Assembly (NCBI GenBank): GCA_965112155.1
Contig: OZ218106.1
Reading direction: 5' to 3' (one strand)
From: Podarcis liolepis
Taxonomy: Eukaryota
Length of the DNA: 64,000 nt
The notes under the pieces were generated by a model, which saw only the letters and a list, made by a program, of their open reading frames with translations, was not told where the DNA came from and ran no database searches. Every line of letters starts with the position of its first letter. Position 1 is the first letter of the stretch. A program made the position numbers and the translations under genes. Shown piece by piece: positions 24,227 to 35,417 of the stretch.

Positions 24227-24344
24227 CAATAGTGTCATGGTTATGAGCATCTATTCTTTTCTTTGATACACTCCGCTCTTCTTTGGTGAACTTTGCAGCC
24301 TGCTTGTATGGGCCACATGATTTTGAAGCATCTGGCGTCACACT
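24227..24344 (-). CDS. AGA: AGA exon 5 (autocleavage site, nucleophile Thr)
   Basis: 118 nt; SVTPDASKSCGPYKQAAKFTKEERSVSKKRIDAHNHDTI. His-Asp|Thr intact (Thr213, codon 24233-24231); donor G|gtatgc. Confidence 0.96.
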
Positions 24345-25994
24345 CTGCAATCAAAGTTTCATTCACATTAAAATCACATTAAAAACAAACTGGCATTTCA
24401 AACAAACCTGTCTTCTATCCCCCCCCCCCCCCCCCGTCATCCTAAAAGAATAGTGTAAGATTTCTGTATATGCCAAGGATGAAGAAGTTTCATCGAAGGC
24501 AAATTACTGTAGCTCAGATGCTTTAAACAATGAACAGACAAAAGCATCTCCCTCAATTTAGAGTAACTCAATACTCAAAACACTCTAGTTATCGCAGCCC
24601 CGCTCAGATTCCACGTTATGTGATTTGCAAATGTTTCCTACAATGAACAGCCAGCAGAGAAATAATACATCAACATTCTATGTGCAGAAAACGCAGCATG
24701 ATAATTTGTCTTACCACCTACCGCTATAATTCAAGATCAGTTTTTCTCAATCCTCATGAGCATCCATGCTGATTGTGATGAGACAACTTTATAGACAAAC
24801 CATACGGCTAAAGGCGCTGAAGCCGGATAATTCAACTTGCTCTACTTCCACTCCACATACCCTGCAAACACCCTTTACAATCTAACACACCCTGTTTTTT
24901 CCCCTTTTGCTGGTGGCTCAACTTAAAATAATTAAGAAAGACTTTGCTTCAGCCACACAGACTTCTCCTGCTAGCCTTAAAGGTTGTTATCTTTCAACTT
25001 TCTTCCTATGGTCTTGGGTGCAGAGGTCCCTCTACAGGTTTCTACATAGTCTGTGTTTTCTGCAGGGATAACTTGAAGGTTATAGATAGTCAAGAGGGTG
25101 GGATTTGCATGCACAACGAAGGAAGAAAACATTTTACACAAATCACAATAGACTTCTGATTCAATGATAAATGAATAGTACTGGAGCTCCATATTATATT
25201 TCTTAACAGCAAATATCTAATTGGAGATTTGTTTTTTTAAGTGTGCCCATAGTTATACATCTGAGTGAGGTAGCATAAAAACAAAAATGCCCATGCTGAA
25301 CGGGTCCACATAGACTTAATGGTTACACACTTATCAGGATCACAGCAGGCTCAGAACAGATCTTAAAATGAGCCTGCATACCAGATGCATGGCTAGAGGC
25401 AATTTTTTTAAAAAAAAATCTTAACCAGAACATAAAAATAGTTTAGGATTTTAAAAATAAGGCAAACAGCATGCAGAGCTTGGGCTTGTTTATATGAAAT
25501 AACAATGTGTGGATTCTAATCATGGCACAAAGCTTAAAAGTTCCAAGGTGGGGGAAGAGCAGAAAACATATGAGAAAGATAACCAAGAAGCTTAAACCTA
25601 GCTCCCACAGAGGATCTGGTGAATAGAAGAACATGGGGAAGTCCCTGGGTACATAAAACTCCTTAAAAGCAACTGTCCAGTGATGGCAGGGGGACACAGA
25701 TAGGATTATCAGGTGCCCAACACTTACAAGGCAGACAATATGAAACAGCAAGCATCAGATGCAGTGGAAGGATTCAAGCTGAACTGGTTAGCAGAAGCTG
25801 GTATCAGCAGTGACCAATTCTAGCTCGATTGGAGGCCAAAGAGAACTGAAGAGCAGGACCCTCAAAGCTCTTCAGGACCATTTGGCTCCATAGGCCTAGC
25901 TCCTTCGGAGAACTCTCTTGTACACATTCACATATATTTGTTCTTTGGTACACAGCTTGCTCCAATGATGGAGTGGGGTGCTGGAAATGTTGCA

Positions 25995-26130
25995 GACATA
26001 AGAAGAGCCCTGCTGTATCAGGCCCAAGGCCAGTCAGATGCCCATGGGAAGCCTGTAAGCAGGACTTGCGTGCAACCACACTCTCCCCACTTACAATTCC
26101 CTGCAGCTGGCACTCAGAGGCATACTGCAG
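25995..26130 (-). mobile_element. CR1 3' UTR/tail fragment in AGA intron 4
   Basis: acataagaagagccctgctgtatcaggcc...ggcactcagaggcatactgc, the reverse complement of the CR1 terminus seen at 8870-8920. Confidence 0.65.
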
Positions 26131-26202
26131 AACAATATTTAATACAATGTAGTCACCAAGTTTATAAAACAAGAAAAAACAAGGGGAAAAGTTGTGTTTT
26201 AC

Positions 26203-26315
26203 CTTCCAGAAGTTTGGCTGACAGTTTCGATTAAGCCACTGTAAGTACACTGAAAGGGAGCTCTGTGTAGTCAGGTCTTCACTTGGAAACCCCATGCTTT
26301 CCGCAAATAGTGAGG
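26203..26315 (-). CDS. AGA: AGA exon 4
   Basis: 113 nt; ASLFAESMGFPSEDLTTQSSLSVYLQWLNRNCQPNFWK, keeping the RNCQPN Cys equivalent to human C163; donor AAG|gtaaaa. Confidence 0.97.
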
Positions 26316-27219
26316 CTTTATGGAACAGAAAATAATGAGTAATTTCTTTTTCTATATAACTGTATTTGCAATTCAACAAGCGTGCAAGAGGACACTTTTC
26401 AGCTCATCGAGATCCCTATGAAAACACGGCATGACACTTGTAAACCATTTTCATATTGTATTACAGCAGTCAGAGCCAAAGTCACTGCCCTATACAAGTG
26501 TATACATTATTATGATTTAGTCCTCAACAGAAATGCCTTTCTCATTTTCTAGAACAAGAACATATATCAGGGGGCTTCAGAATCCTGAAGACTGATAGCA
26601 AACTAAGAGGAAGTATATCAATTTGCAACATGGAATCCATAAATAAAAGACTTGTGATAAGAAACAGCAAAGTTCAACAACACTGTCAGATAGGAACTTT
26701 AAGAATTAAAAGTAGAATGTTTTAGACTGTATGATTTTTTAAAAAATCCTGTTGCTTTTATCTAATATATCTGAAGTATGTTTCTATTTTTTTCCTGTTG
26801 CCATAAATTTTTAAGAGAGAGAAGTGCTTTTGGGAACATCATATTTATAACTGCACAGCTTGTGTTTTCACAGAATCCTTTCTGAGCTATCTGTTGCAGC
26901 TATACTTTTTAAATAATAATTTCTAATGCTAAAATTCCAAAAATCAGTGATGAGTTTTTTCACTGAAGGCTGCGATTCAATACAAATTTATTATTTTAAT
27001 CTATAAAAAACATTTACCTTTGCTCTCCAAAAAGAGTTCCCCAACCAAGTATATAAAAAACCAAAAACCCTCTTCTACACACAAGGGCATTCAGTCATAA
27101 TAAATACACAAACAAAACCATAATTTGATAAAATTAACACATCAAAAATTTGGCAGAACAAAAATGCCTCAACTGCCCACCTTGAGGAGAAGGGACCTTT
27201 CTAAACTGGGAGTAAGCAC

Positions 27220-27450
27220 CACACCTCTAGGTTCGATTACTGCAATTTGTTATACTGCAATGTGTTATACATGGGCCTGCCTCTGAAGATCCCTCGAAAT
27301 TTACGATAAAAACCGTAGACAGATGGTTTGAGCATATAACACCAATCCTGGCTCAACTGCACTGGCTGCCAATGTGTGTATGTGTGTGTGTGTTTATACT
27401 GTAAACCACCCTGTGATCCTCGGATGAAGGGCAGTATAGAAATTTAATAA
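27220..27450 (+). mobile_element. Internally deleted L2 3' fragment in AGA intron 3
   Basis: SRFDYCN-like acctctaggttcgattactgcaat, ITPILAQLHWLP (ataacaccaatcctggctcaactgcactggctgcca) and an L2 tail gtaaaccaccctgtgatc...aataaa. Confidence 0.75.
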
Positions 27451-27558
27451 ACAAACAAAACAAAACAGTGAACTTAATGAGACTGGAGTGCATGTTGAAG
27501 AGAGCAGAAATAACCTATCAAGCCAAACCAGAGCACAGTGGCCCCTATCCATTTAAAG

Positions 27559-27689
27559 CAGGTGGGGGGAACCTTTGGCCTGCCAGATGTTACTGAACGA
27601 CAGTTCCCACCAGCCCCAGCGAGCATGACCAGGGATGATGGGAGTGGTCGTTCAGCAACATCTGGAGGGCCAGAGGTTCCCCACACCTG
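27559..27689. mobile_element. hAT-type palindromic MITE
   Basis: TIRs caggtggggggaacct / aggttccccacacctg; flanks atttaaag / cactaaag. Confidence 0.8.
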
Positions 27690-27861
27690 CACTAAAGCAT
27701 TGCACTGTATCTTAATGAAATCAAGTAACTTGTCACAACCAACTCGTGACAAAGTTCTTGACACCAGCAAGGCAATGTAACTTCATTTGGACAGAGGCGG
27801 CTGCCTTCCACCACTGCATGGCGGAGCCAAAATTTCAAGGGAGCAAAATGAAGGAAGTTAC

Positions 27862-27974
27862 CTGACTCTCCAACCAGTAAGGTGTGCTGAGTATGCTCTA
27901 TCACTTTCCGTGCCACGCCAATAGCATTTTTTACGCGTCTGAGATCAGCTACTGCCCCAACTTCCATAGTATTA
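27862..27974 (-). CDS. AGA: AGA exon 3
   Basis: 113 nt; [37 protein letters not shown]; gtccag|T...G|gtaact. Confidence 0.97.
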
Positions 27975-28165
27975 CTGGACCAAAGACAGACAAATGTACC
28001 CAAAAGCAAAACAGACAGAGTCTTAAGTTTAAATCGAGAAACGCAGAGTATAAGAAAAATGTATGCCACATCTAAAGGACAAGCATGAGATAAGTATAAA
28101 AATGAAGATTGGTGTCCAAACGTTACTTGCAATCCCATTAGACTAAATGGGTTGAACCTGTAGAT

Positions 28166-28538
28166 GGGGAATTCCCAAATGACTGTCCACAGAACATGAG
28201 TGGTTTATTCAGGTGGTTTGTGGCATGTCTGTGGATTTGTAGTTGAATATAACACATCTATTGCTTTAAATATTCATTCTGACTTTTAACTGCATTCTAA
28301 TTGCTTTTAATTTCTCATATTGCATTTTAATGTATTATAATGTGAATTCTATGGAATTCACATTGTAATAGAATAAAATGCAATATGCAGGAAATTAAAG
28401 CAGCAATAAAGACACAATTAAAATTCATACAGCATCTAGCACAGTACGATTGCTACAGCAGGCAGAAAAAAACCATTTAAGTGGTCAGCCTCAATAATTT
28501 GCAAGTGGTCTGTGGGTAAAAAAGTTTGGGGACCACTG
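28166..28538. mobile_element. Non-autonomous hAT (Charlie-like) element with central AT-rich palindrome, AGA intron 2
   Basis: Terminus gtggtctgtgggtaaaaaagtttggggaccactg; flanks ctgtagat / ctatagac resemble the NNNTAGAN-type Charlie target. Confidence 0.6.
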
Positions 28539-29095
28539 CTATAGACTACAGTTCAGATGGGCATGTGCTCTCTTTAAACTGACATTTTAAAGCATATTTA
28601 GTGATAGGAAAAAATAGAGCTAAACCTGACTTGCTAAACCAAATGCATACACTCTATTGCTACTAGTGCACAGCTTCTCATGAGAGCAGGGCCAGTTACA
28701 TACATTGCCATATGTTTGTTTATCTGCTAGTTACTTTAGAGACCCTGGAGTGTGAATGAAATAATGTGCATAATAATGCAATAAGCCAGTAAAGAAACTG
28801 TACTTCTTGAGATCAAGGAGTGAAACAGAAACTAGAAAAATATATATACGTGTGGATAAGACTGACATAAAGATTTAGAAGAAAAACCCCATCCCTAGTA
28901 ACAGCCCATTCAGTCTCAGATGCACGCATGCCCTTCTGGGCTCATAAGTTCCCATCAGCTTTTCAATGGAGAGGGCAGCAAGAACAAAACTGTCTACTCT
29001 TTGAAGTGAATGGGGAAGATTCTGAACATGGAGGAGCTGTGTGCAATTGATAGCAGAACCCCTATGCCTGTTAGGAATGATGTGGGATTCCTTAC

Positions 29096-29249
29096 CCATC
29101 CATAATCATAGCATCCAATGTTGTTTCTCCATGTTCATCTGGGTGTCCTCCATACCCCACACTTCCATCACATTGCTCAACTTCACACTGACCACAGCCT
29201 TTCTCTACTGCATCCAGTTCAGAACCACCTGCCAGTAAGGTACTCCAAG
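29096..29249 (-). CDS. AGA: AGA exon 2
   Basis: 154 nt; [52 protein letters not shown]; ctttcag|C...GG|gtaagg. Confidence 0.98.
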
Positions 29250-30939
29250 CTGAAAGGAACAACAACAACAAAATCCCACTCACTCCACATGTAAAGTACG
29301 TAGAAGTCATATTCTTAAAAAGCACACCCCCAATTCCCATTCCTAGAATACACAGTACAGTGCAAATGTGTAAGTGTTCATTGTCCTGATTTTTTGGAGG
29401 CTGGTCAATAAGTACAAGAAAACTAAATCCATCATGTTCAGGGAATGTAGCATCGGTGGCAAAACTCTTAAACCTGGTATTCCTAGACATTAATTGTCAA
29501 CTGTCTGCTTCTCATTGTATTCTCCCCCTGCCCTGCCAATCTGGCATCAGCCACAGTTGGCAAGCAAGCTATAGATTAAAAATGGCGTATTTGTCTGATG
29601 TGACAAATGTTGAGTTCATTCTAATTTCTTTTTCTTCAAGCCCAGAGTCTCCAATGAGCCAATTATGTTTAGAAGTAAAAGCAATGCAGCACAAGGGTAG
29701 ATAACTTCCATTTTTTATAATAAAAAAACCTGGCCCTGCTCTTTTAAGTGGGGAAGCTTTTTCTGGCATGGTGATAAATGGCGGGGAAAGTTTTCCTGGC
29801 TACATGTCTGCATCAAGTTGCAGCAAAACAGGAATGGACTGGGGGTGGAGGGCTGGGTGGAGATGGGATAACCCTCACTATATGGCAACAATGTGCTAGT
29901 TAAAGGGGAAAAAATATTTTAAAACCATTTGTATGGCATTTCACTGAGGGGTTTAAAACCATTTAATATTGCTCCATATGCTTCCTTCACAAGCCAGGCA
30001 TGTCACTTATGGTGCAAGAATTTCCTCAAGATGGACTTTAGCACAAACTTTATGGATATATTGGGCAAGGGAGAGGACTCGTTAATCTTTTCCCAGATGC
30101 ATGCACACTCACTAGAAGGAAGTGAGTACGCTTTTTACACACTGTGTAAAATCATATCTGTGCACTGTCTGATGTTGCTGTTATGAATCCAGTGAAGACA
30201 CCCACCACAAGAGCTGCCAGCAGAAATCTATGTTGCACAACTGGCCACAAGATGTTGCTGTGGCCTAGTAGACCAAATTATGTAGCTAATACAGAACACA
30301 ACACAAGCTGAACTTCTGCAGACACAGCAGCACACCAGTGTTTCCAGTGTTAATAAAATGCCATGCTAAGAGCCCTTCTGCCACATTACTGTGGATCAGA
30401 ACCCCTTCACCAAAAGACCTACACTGAAATGGAAGGGGGAAGTGCCCTGCCTGTAACAGTTATACACTAAGAAGCTGACTAACGTGCACTAAGTAATGTA
30501 GATTATGTCTCGTTAAACCAGAACGTAAAATGTCCCACACCAAACAAGGAAGAGGAAAGTAGCAGAGAAAAGCCAAGGAAGTTTAACAGTAGCAGTGTGG
30601 ACGGCTAGTTCATCTGACCAGGCTTAAACTGTCACCACCCTTTCTCGTATTTCAATGCAAACATTAAGTCTTGTTTTAAAAAAGGGCACCGTTGAACATG
30701 CACAGAGTGCCTTTCCCACTCCTCTCCCCACAGACAGATTTTTGGGACTGAGATAGTGGCTCCCGTAAATAAGAAAAAGGGGAAGGGAGGGGGGAGGAGA
30801 GAACAATTGGGTCCCAGGGTCCGGCAGGACACTGCTGAAGGTGAAGTCTCCCTCTCCAACCAGCCCAAATCTGGTTAGCTTGAATTCCTCCCCAACCCTC
30901 CAAGCAGGGGGCCTCCTTACTGCTTCACTAGCCCCAAGT

Positions 30940-31880
30940 GATCGGAGGGCCTGGGCTCCGAAAAAGCGACTGCTTTGCTCTTATGTTTCTCCTCAACGCC
31001 TGACTTTAGGAAGGCTCAACACATCCTGCTCGAGACATCTAATGCCAGCGCGCGATGTTCTCCCACAGATGCCAGCACGCACACAACCGCCTGCAAGGAT
31101 CTTTGCAGATGTGGCGCTGAGACCCCGGCTGCATCATGAATCTAGAAAACGGGGTGTGGGGAGCCCAAACAAAGTTTGGGGCAAACCTAGGACGGGGCGA
31201 GGGGTTCCTCCCCGCCCGCTCGAGCCTCTCCTCTGCGCAACCACGGAAGCCCTGGAGGAAGCGAGACAGCACCTGCTTCGGCGGCTTTCCTAAAGGGCCA
31301 GGTGTTGAGGACCAGAGGCAGCGAGGGCGCCTCGCCGCTCGCCACCGCCGCCAGCAGCAGCAGCAGCAGCAGCAGAGGCAGCAAGAAAGGTCCCCTCGGG
31401 CGGCTCCCGCGCCCCATGGCTCCGCCAGCCCCACTGAGTCGCTCCCCTGTCAGCCCCACATCCCGTGACCACCCGGCGGATCGGCCGCACGCGCAGTAGC
31501 CCGCGAAGGGCGGAGACTGTGGCGCGCGTAAAAGTCTTGCGCGGAGCGGCCTCTGGTGGCAAGTTCCGCCTTCTGGATGCGCCGCGCGGTTCCTCTTTGT
31601 CACTCCAGACGCCCCTACTCTCCGAGCGGCAGTTTCGGGGCCCCTCCGTCCTCTCATCAGAACAGCACTGGAGAGCTAGAGGGGGAACCATCGTCGAGTT
31701 CCACGAGGGGTGTTGGTGAGACCATCTTAGTCGCCTTAATAGGCCGCTCCTGTTGCTTCGCAGAGTTGGTGCCTGGCTAAGCGCTTGTTTGCATTTATGT
31801 TTCATCTTTTGCACGCCACGAAGGAGAGAAACGTCCGTTACTACGAGCTGAATAAAGAGCATGAAATTCACACTCGACTC
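30940..31880. promoter_or_regulatory. CpG island / AGA promoter
   Basis: Only CpG-dense stretch in the window and it spans exon 1. Motifs: GC box gggcgg (31508-31513), NRF1-like ccgcacgcgca (31485-31495), ETS-like aagttccgcc (31561-31570), E-box/CLEAR-like ggtcacggga (- strand, 31461-31470). Confidence 0.85.
31273..31417 (-). CDS. AGA: AGA exon 1 (start codon, signal peptide)
   Basis: Strong Kozak gccATGg; MGRGSRPRGPFLLPLLLLLLLLAAVASGEAPSLPLVLNTWPFRKAAEA; 145 nt, donor AG|gtgctg. The nine exons sum to 1062 nt with compatible phases. Confidence 0.96.
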
Positions 31881-31896
31881 CGAGTATATTTCAGAT

Positions 31897-31897
<1 letters not shown>

Positions 31898-31935
<38 letters not shown>
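31898..31935. repeat. (GT)n microsatellite
   Basis: About 19 perfect units. Confidence 0.95.
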
Positions 31936-31936
<1 letters not shown>

Positions 31937-32039
31937 GAAGGGTCCCTCCTCCACTCAGCACGTCTCCCCAGCATGCCAGAGACAGGCAAGCAAGGATTAG
32001 GCACCTGGTGCTGCCTAGAGAGAGTTACAGCCTCGGCTT

Positions 32040-32360
32040 ACCTGTCCATGCCTCCCCATAAGGCTTGGTTTCCAAACCCTTTATTGTCTTGGTCACCCTC
32101 ATCGGCATGCTTGTCAATATCCTTCTTGAACTGTGGTGTCCAGAACTGGACGCAGGACTCCAGGTGAAGTGTGACCAAGGCAAAATATTACTTCCCTTAC
32201 TCTGGACACTAGCATTAGCTTTTTCTGCCACTGCATCATACTATTGATGCATGTTAAGTTTGCCCTCATATTAGTTTTGGTCTACTAAGATCCCTAGATC
32301 CTTTTCACATGTACTTGTTGTCAAGACAGGTGTCCCCCACCCTATATTTGCATATATGAT
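32040..32360 (-). mobile_element. CR1 ORF2 internal fragment
   Basis: - strand LVTLHLESCVQFWTPQFKKDIDK, matching the CR1 motif PHLEYCVQFWAP. Confidence 0.85.
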
Positions 32361-33995
32361 CATTCCCACCCTAAGGAATAATCTGATTGTTCACATTCTA
32401 AAACGGCTGTTTATCCTCCATCCAGGCCACTTAAGAGTCATTGAAGGTCATATTCCAGCCAGACAAAACACTCAAGGAAGGTGTAAAGCAAACCGGTGAG
32501 GATTGTGTCCTGGGAAGAAAGGGTGTGTGTATGGCTAAGGAAGCATCCCATGGGCCAGTAAGAGAAGTCTGGAGGGCCACATTGGGTCCCTAGACCTGAG
32601 ATTGTCCACTTCAAATACATGATGACAGTGACAAAGTAAAATATTTTAAACACCACAGAATAACTGCACTTGCGTTTGCATGTGTGTGTTAGCACCTGCG
32701 AGTGGGAAGGGGGAGGATTGCTAGTCCAGATCAGACCCATTGCAGATACAAGTTGGGGGTGGAAAATCCTCCACTTAAGGGCAAACTGTGTGACTATCAT
32801 AACATGCAGTTTGGCCGTTAGTTGGATTGAATGTCCTGTTTTCACAGGAGTTATAACAGGAATAGCCTCATATGAGCAGTAACTCCCAGTCAGCAGTCAC
32901 CTAGGATAAATCAGGTGCTGATGCTACTTTTCAGTGGCAGGGAGGTTATAGAATAACTACTGGGGAAAAAACACTTTCGTTTCTCACCCCCCCTTTTTTA
33001 TTATTATTTTCAACACGAGAGCACAGAAAGTCGTCACAGAGATGCTTATACAATAGTGGCAAACACAATTCTACACATGAATATGAATACTAAATTAACA
33101 CATAATTTAGAGCTGTATTTCTTTTTTAGGTACAGGTGCTACTTCAGGTTTCAGAATAACCGTCCTGAAAATGCACTTCGTTTATAATATTATTTCACTT
33201 GCAGAATATACTCCTACATAGTGGAGAAGTGCCAGAGGTTAATTTGGTTCCATATGCATAGTTCATATTAAAAATGGGACGACAACTTGGCAGGACCTCA
33301 TGTAAGACAAGATAAATTTTAAAGATGCATGCATATTTTTAGAGCGTTCAAGCTATTTTAAAAAGCCTGAGGCTATGTTATTATTATTATTAGAACAACA
33401 AAAAGAGAAAAAGGGTGCTGCAGGCTTTGGAAGACTAGTTACCTCACAGCCTATTATTATAAAAGTCTGCAAAAAATAATAAAACCCATAAAGAGCTGCA
33501 ATAACTTGACCTCTGCTCAGAAGTTCCATAAGGATGATATTACAGGAAGTCCAGAAAAAACAACAACATATAATTTAGCCAACATACTGATGTTAGTTCA
33601 TTTCTGATATGAAACGTTGTATTCCTACCCTATTCTTTTTCATAGACTTTCGGGGGGGGGGGGAGTGAAACATGTATGTGGTTAAATGGAGAGAAAAGTT
33701 AAAAAGGGACACAATGAATATCTGTTCTCAAACAAGCAGACAAAAACAACAGTGATTTTTCAGTGAGCTCCATTACACCCACCCACCCACACACACACAC
33801 ACACACAATTCTCAATTGTAGCAAGAAAAAAACATAGACAATTATGCTGTGGTAAAGACCTAGATAATATATACATGCTGTTCTTAAGGAAATAATAATT
33901 TTGCTGTATGCAGCCTCCACATGCAGACTTAAGTTGGAGGATAAAAAGTAGCAATCATATACATGTTCTACTCACTCAGGCTAAATTATATGCTG

Positions 33996-34435
33996 CTAGT
34001 GGGGAGTACCTAGCCATGCCTGGAAATTTGTAGTACCCCAAAATTGTGATTTTTAAGTGAATAGTGTAATTTGTGAGTTTGGACCCCACCCCTCAAAATG
34101 GTGATGTTATGGCAAAGTCATGTTTTGGTCCACCATTTTGATTTAATTTGTTGCCTGGCACCAAACATTGATGGAGACTAATGCTCACACCTTTCATGCC
34201 AAGTTTGGTGACAATATCTAGAGAAACAATCAAACCCAAGGCAAAAAGTCAGTCATGTTTGAATTATATTTCAGTCCTCTATCTTGATTCAAAATGGTGT
34301 CCAGTTTCCAAATGTTGATGACTGCTACCCCCATCTCAGGAAACCTTGTGCTGAGTTTGGCAATGATAAGCATCCAAACCAACAGAGAACAGTTGGACAG
34401 ACAGACAAATCATTTCCAAAAAAAATATAGTAGAT
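33996..34435 (+). mobile_element. Possible non-autonomous Helitron/Helentron-like element
   Basis: Begins ctagt, has two related ccaagtttggtgacaat / ctgagtttggcaatgat blocks, a (GACA)n run near the end, and terminates atatagtagat. Confidence 0.4.
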
Positions 34436-35072
34436 GCTTAATGTGTAGTAATCAGTTTTGTTTCCAGATCTTTTAAAATTGCACGGCTGGAGAGATTGTT
34501 AAGACCAGTGGGAAGTTTTTGTTTATTAGGTTTTAAAAACAACAACTTCAATTTCTGTGAAATATGAAGGTGGCTTTCTTGCAAGACCATGCATGCAATT
34601 ATAATATGTAACTTGAAGTTTCATTTATGTGTGTCATTGTGAACTATGTCTCTAAGAAATAGCTGATTTTTTAATTGAATATCCTGTTCTCTGGATGAAG
34701 GGCTGCCCAGAGTTATCTATCAAGTCTATTGATAACATCTGAAATCTCTATCACTAGTTTTGCCAGTGTTTGAATGCTTCCATAAAGAAGGAAGTGCACT
34801 GCTTTGCATCAGACAGCCTGAGGGACACTAGGCCATCAAAAGACATTGCGTTTTCCAATGCAATTCAATTTGTGGTTTTTTGCCTTCTCAAGGACCTCGG
34901 CTTTTGTTCATTTTTTTACAAATTAAAAACATTTTACATTTTTAAGAAAATGAAATTATTTATTGGTTCCATAGGTCCCCAGCTGTGATCTCTAGCTGTT
35001 TTTGTACCCCCAAGACACCTCCCCCAAATCTGTCCTTTGATTTTTCTAAATTTATATTATTATTTTCTTAAT

Positions 35073-35208
35073 CAGGCATGGCCAAACTTGGCCCTCCAGC
35101 TGTTTTGGGACTACAGTTCCCATCATCCCTGACCACTGGTCCTGTCAGCTAGGGATGATGGGAGTTGTAGTCCCAAAACAGCTGGAGGGCCAAGTTTGGT
35201 CATGCTCG
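35073..35208. mobile_element. Palindromic hAT-type MITE (~135 bp family)
   Basis: caggcatggccaaacttggccctccagctgttttgggactac ... gtagtcccaaaacagctggagggccaagtttggtcatgc. Confidence 0.9.
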
Positions 35209-35417
35209 TCTTAAGTGAATTTAATAATGAATGATTAAAAATGATTTAAAATAATGTATAATAGATGATGGGAGAGGGTTTTGGAAGGCAGCTTTGAATT
35301 CACAACATACCATTTTTTACAGTTTGGTCCCACTTATTTTTAACACATGTCCCCAGGAGGGTTGACTATGATTCAATGCAGCCCTCAAAACCCCCTGAAG
35401 GTTAGCTATTCCTTCTA

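Noticed and set aside
25804-29490. Long ORFs 25804-26379, 27692-28138 and 29092-29490
   Set aside because: Each is one AGA exon plus intronic read-through.
31418-31657. In-frame upstream ATG giving an 80-aa N-terminal extension of AGA
   Set aside because: Weak context (ctgATGa), lies upstream of the promoter motifs, would bury the signal peptide, and GC-rich DNA is naturally poor in stop codons.
30841-31961. Several long overlapping ORFs with poly-Gln, Cys, Ala or Ser runs
   Set aside because: Alternative frames of the CpG island and the CAG/CTG repeat; no domain-like content.
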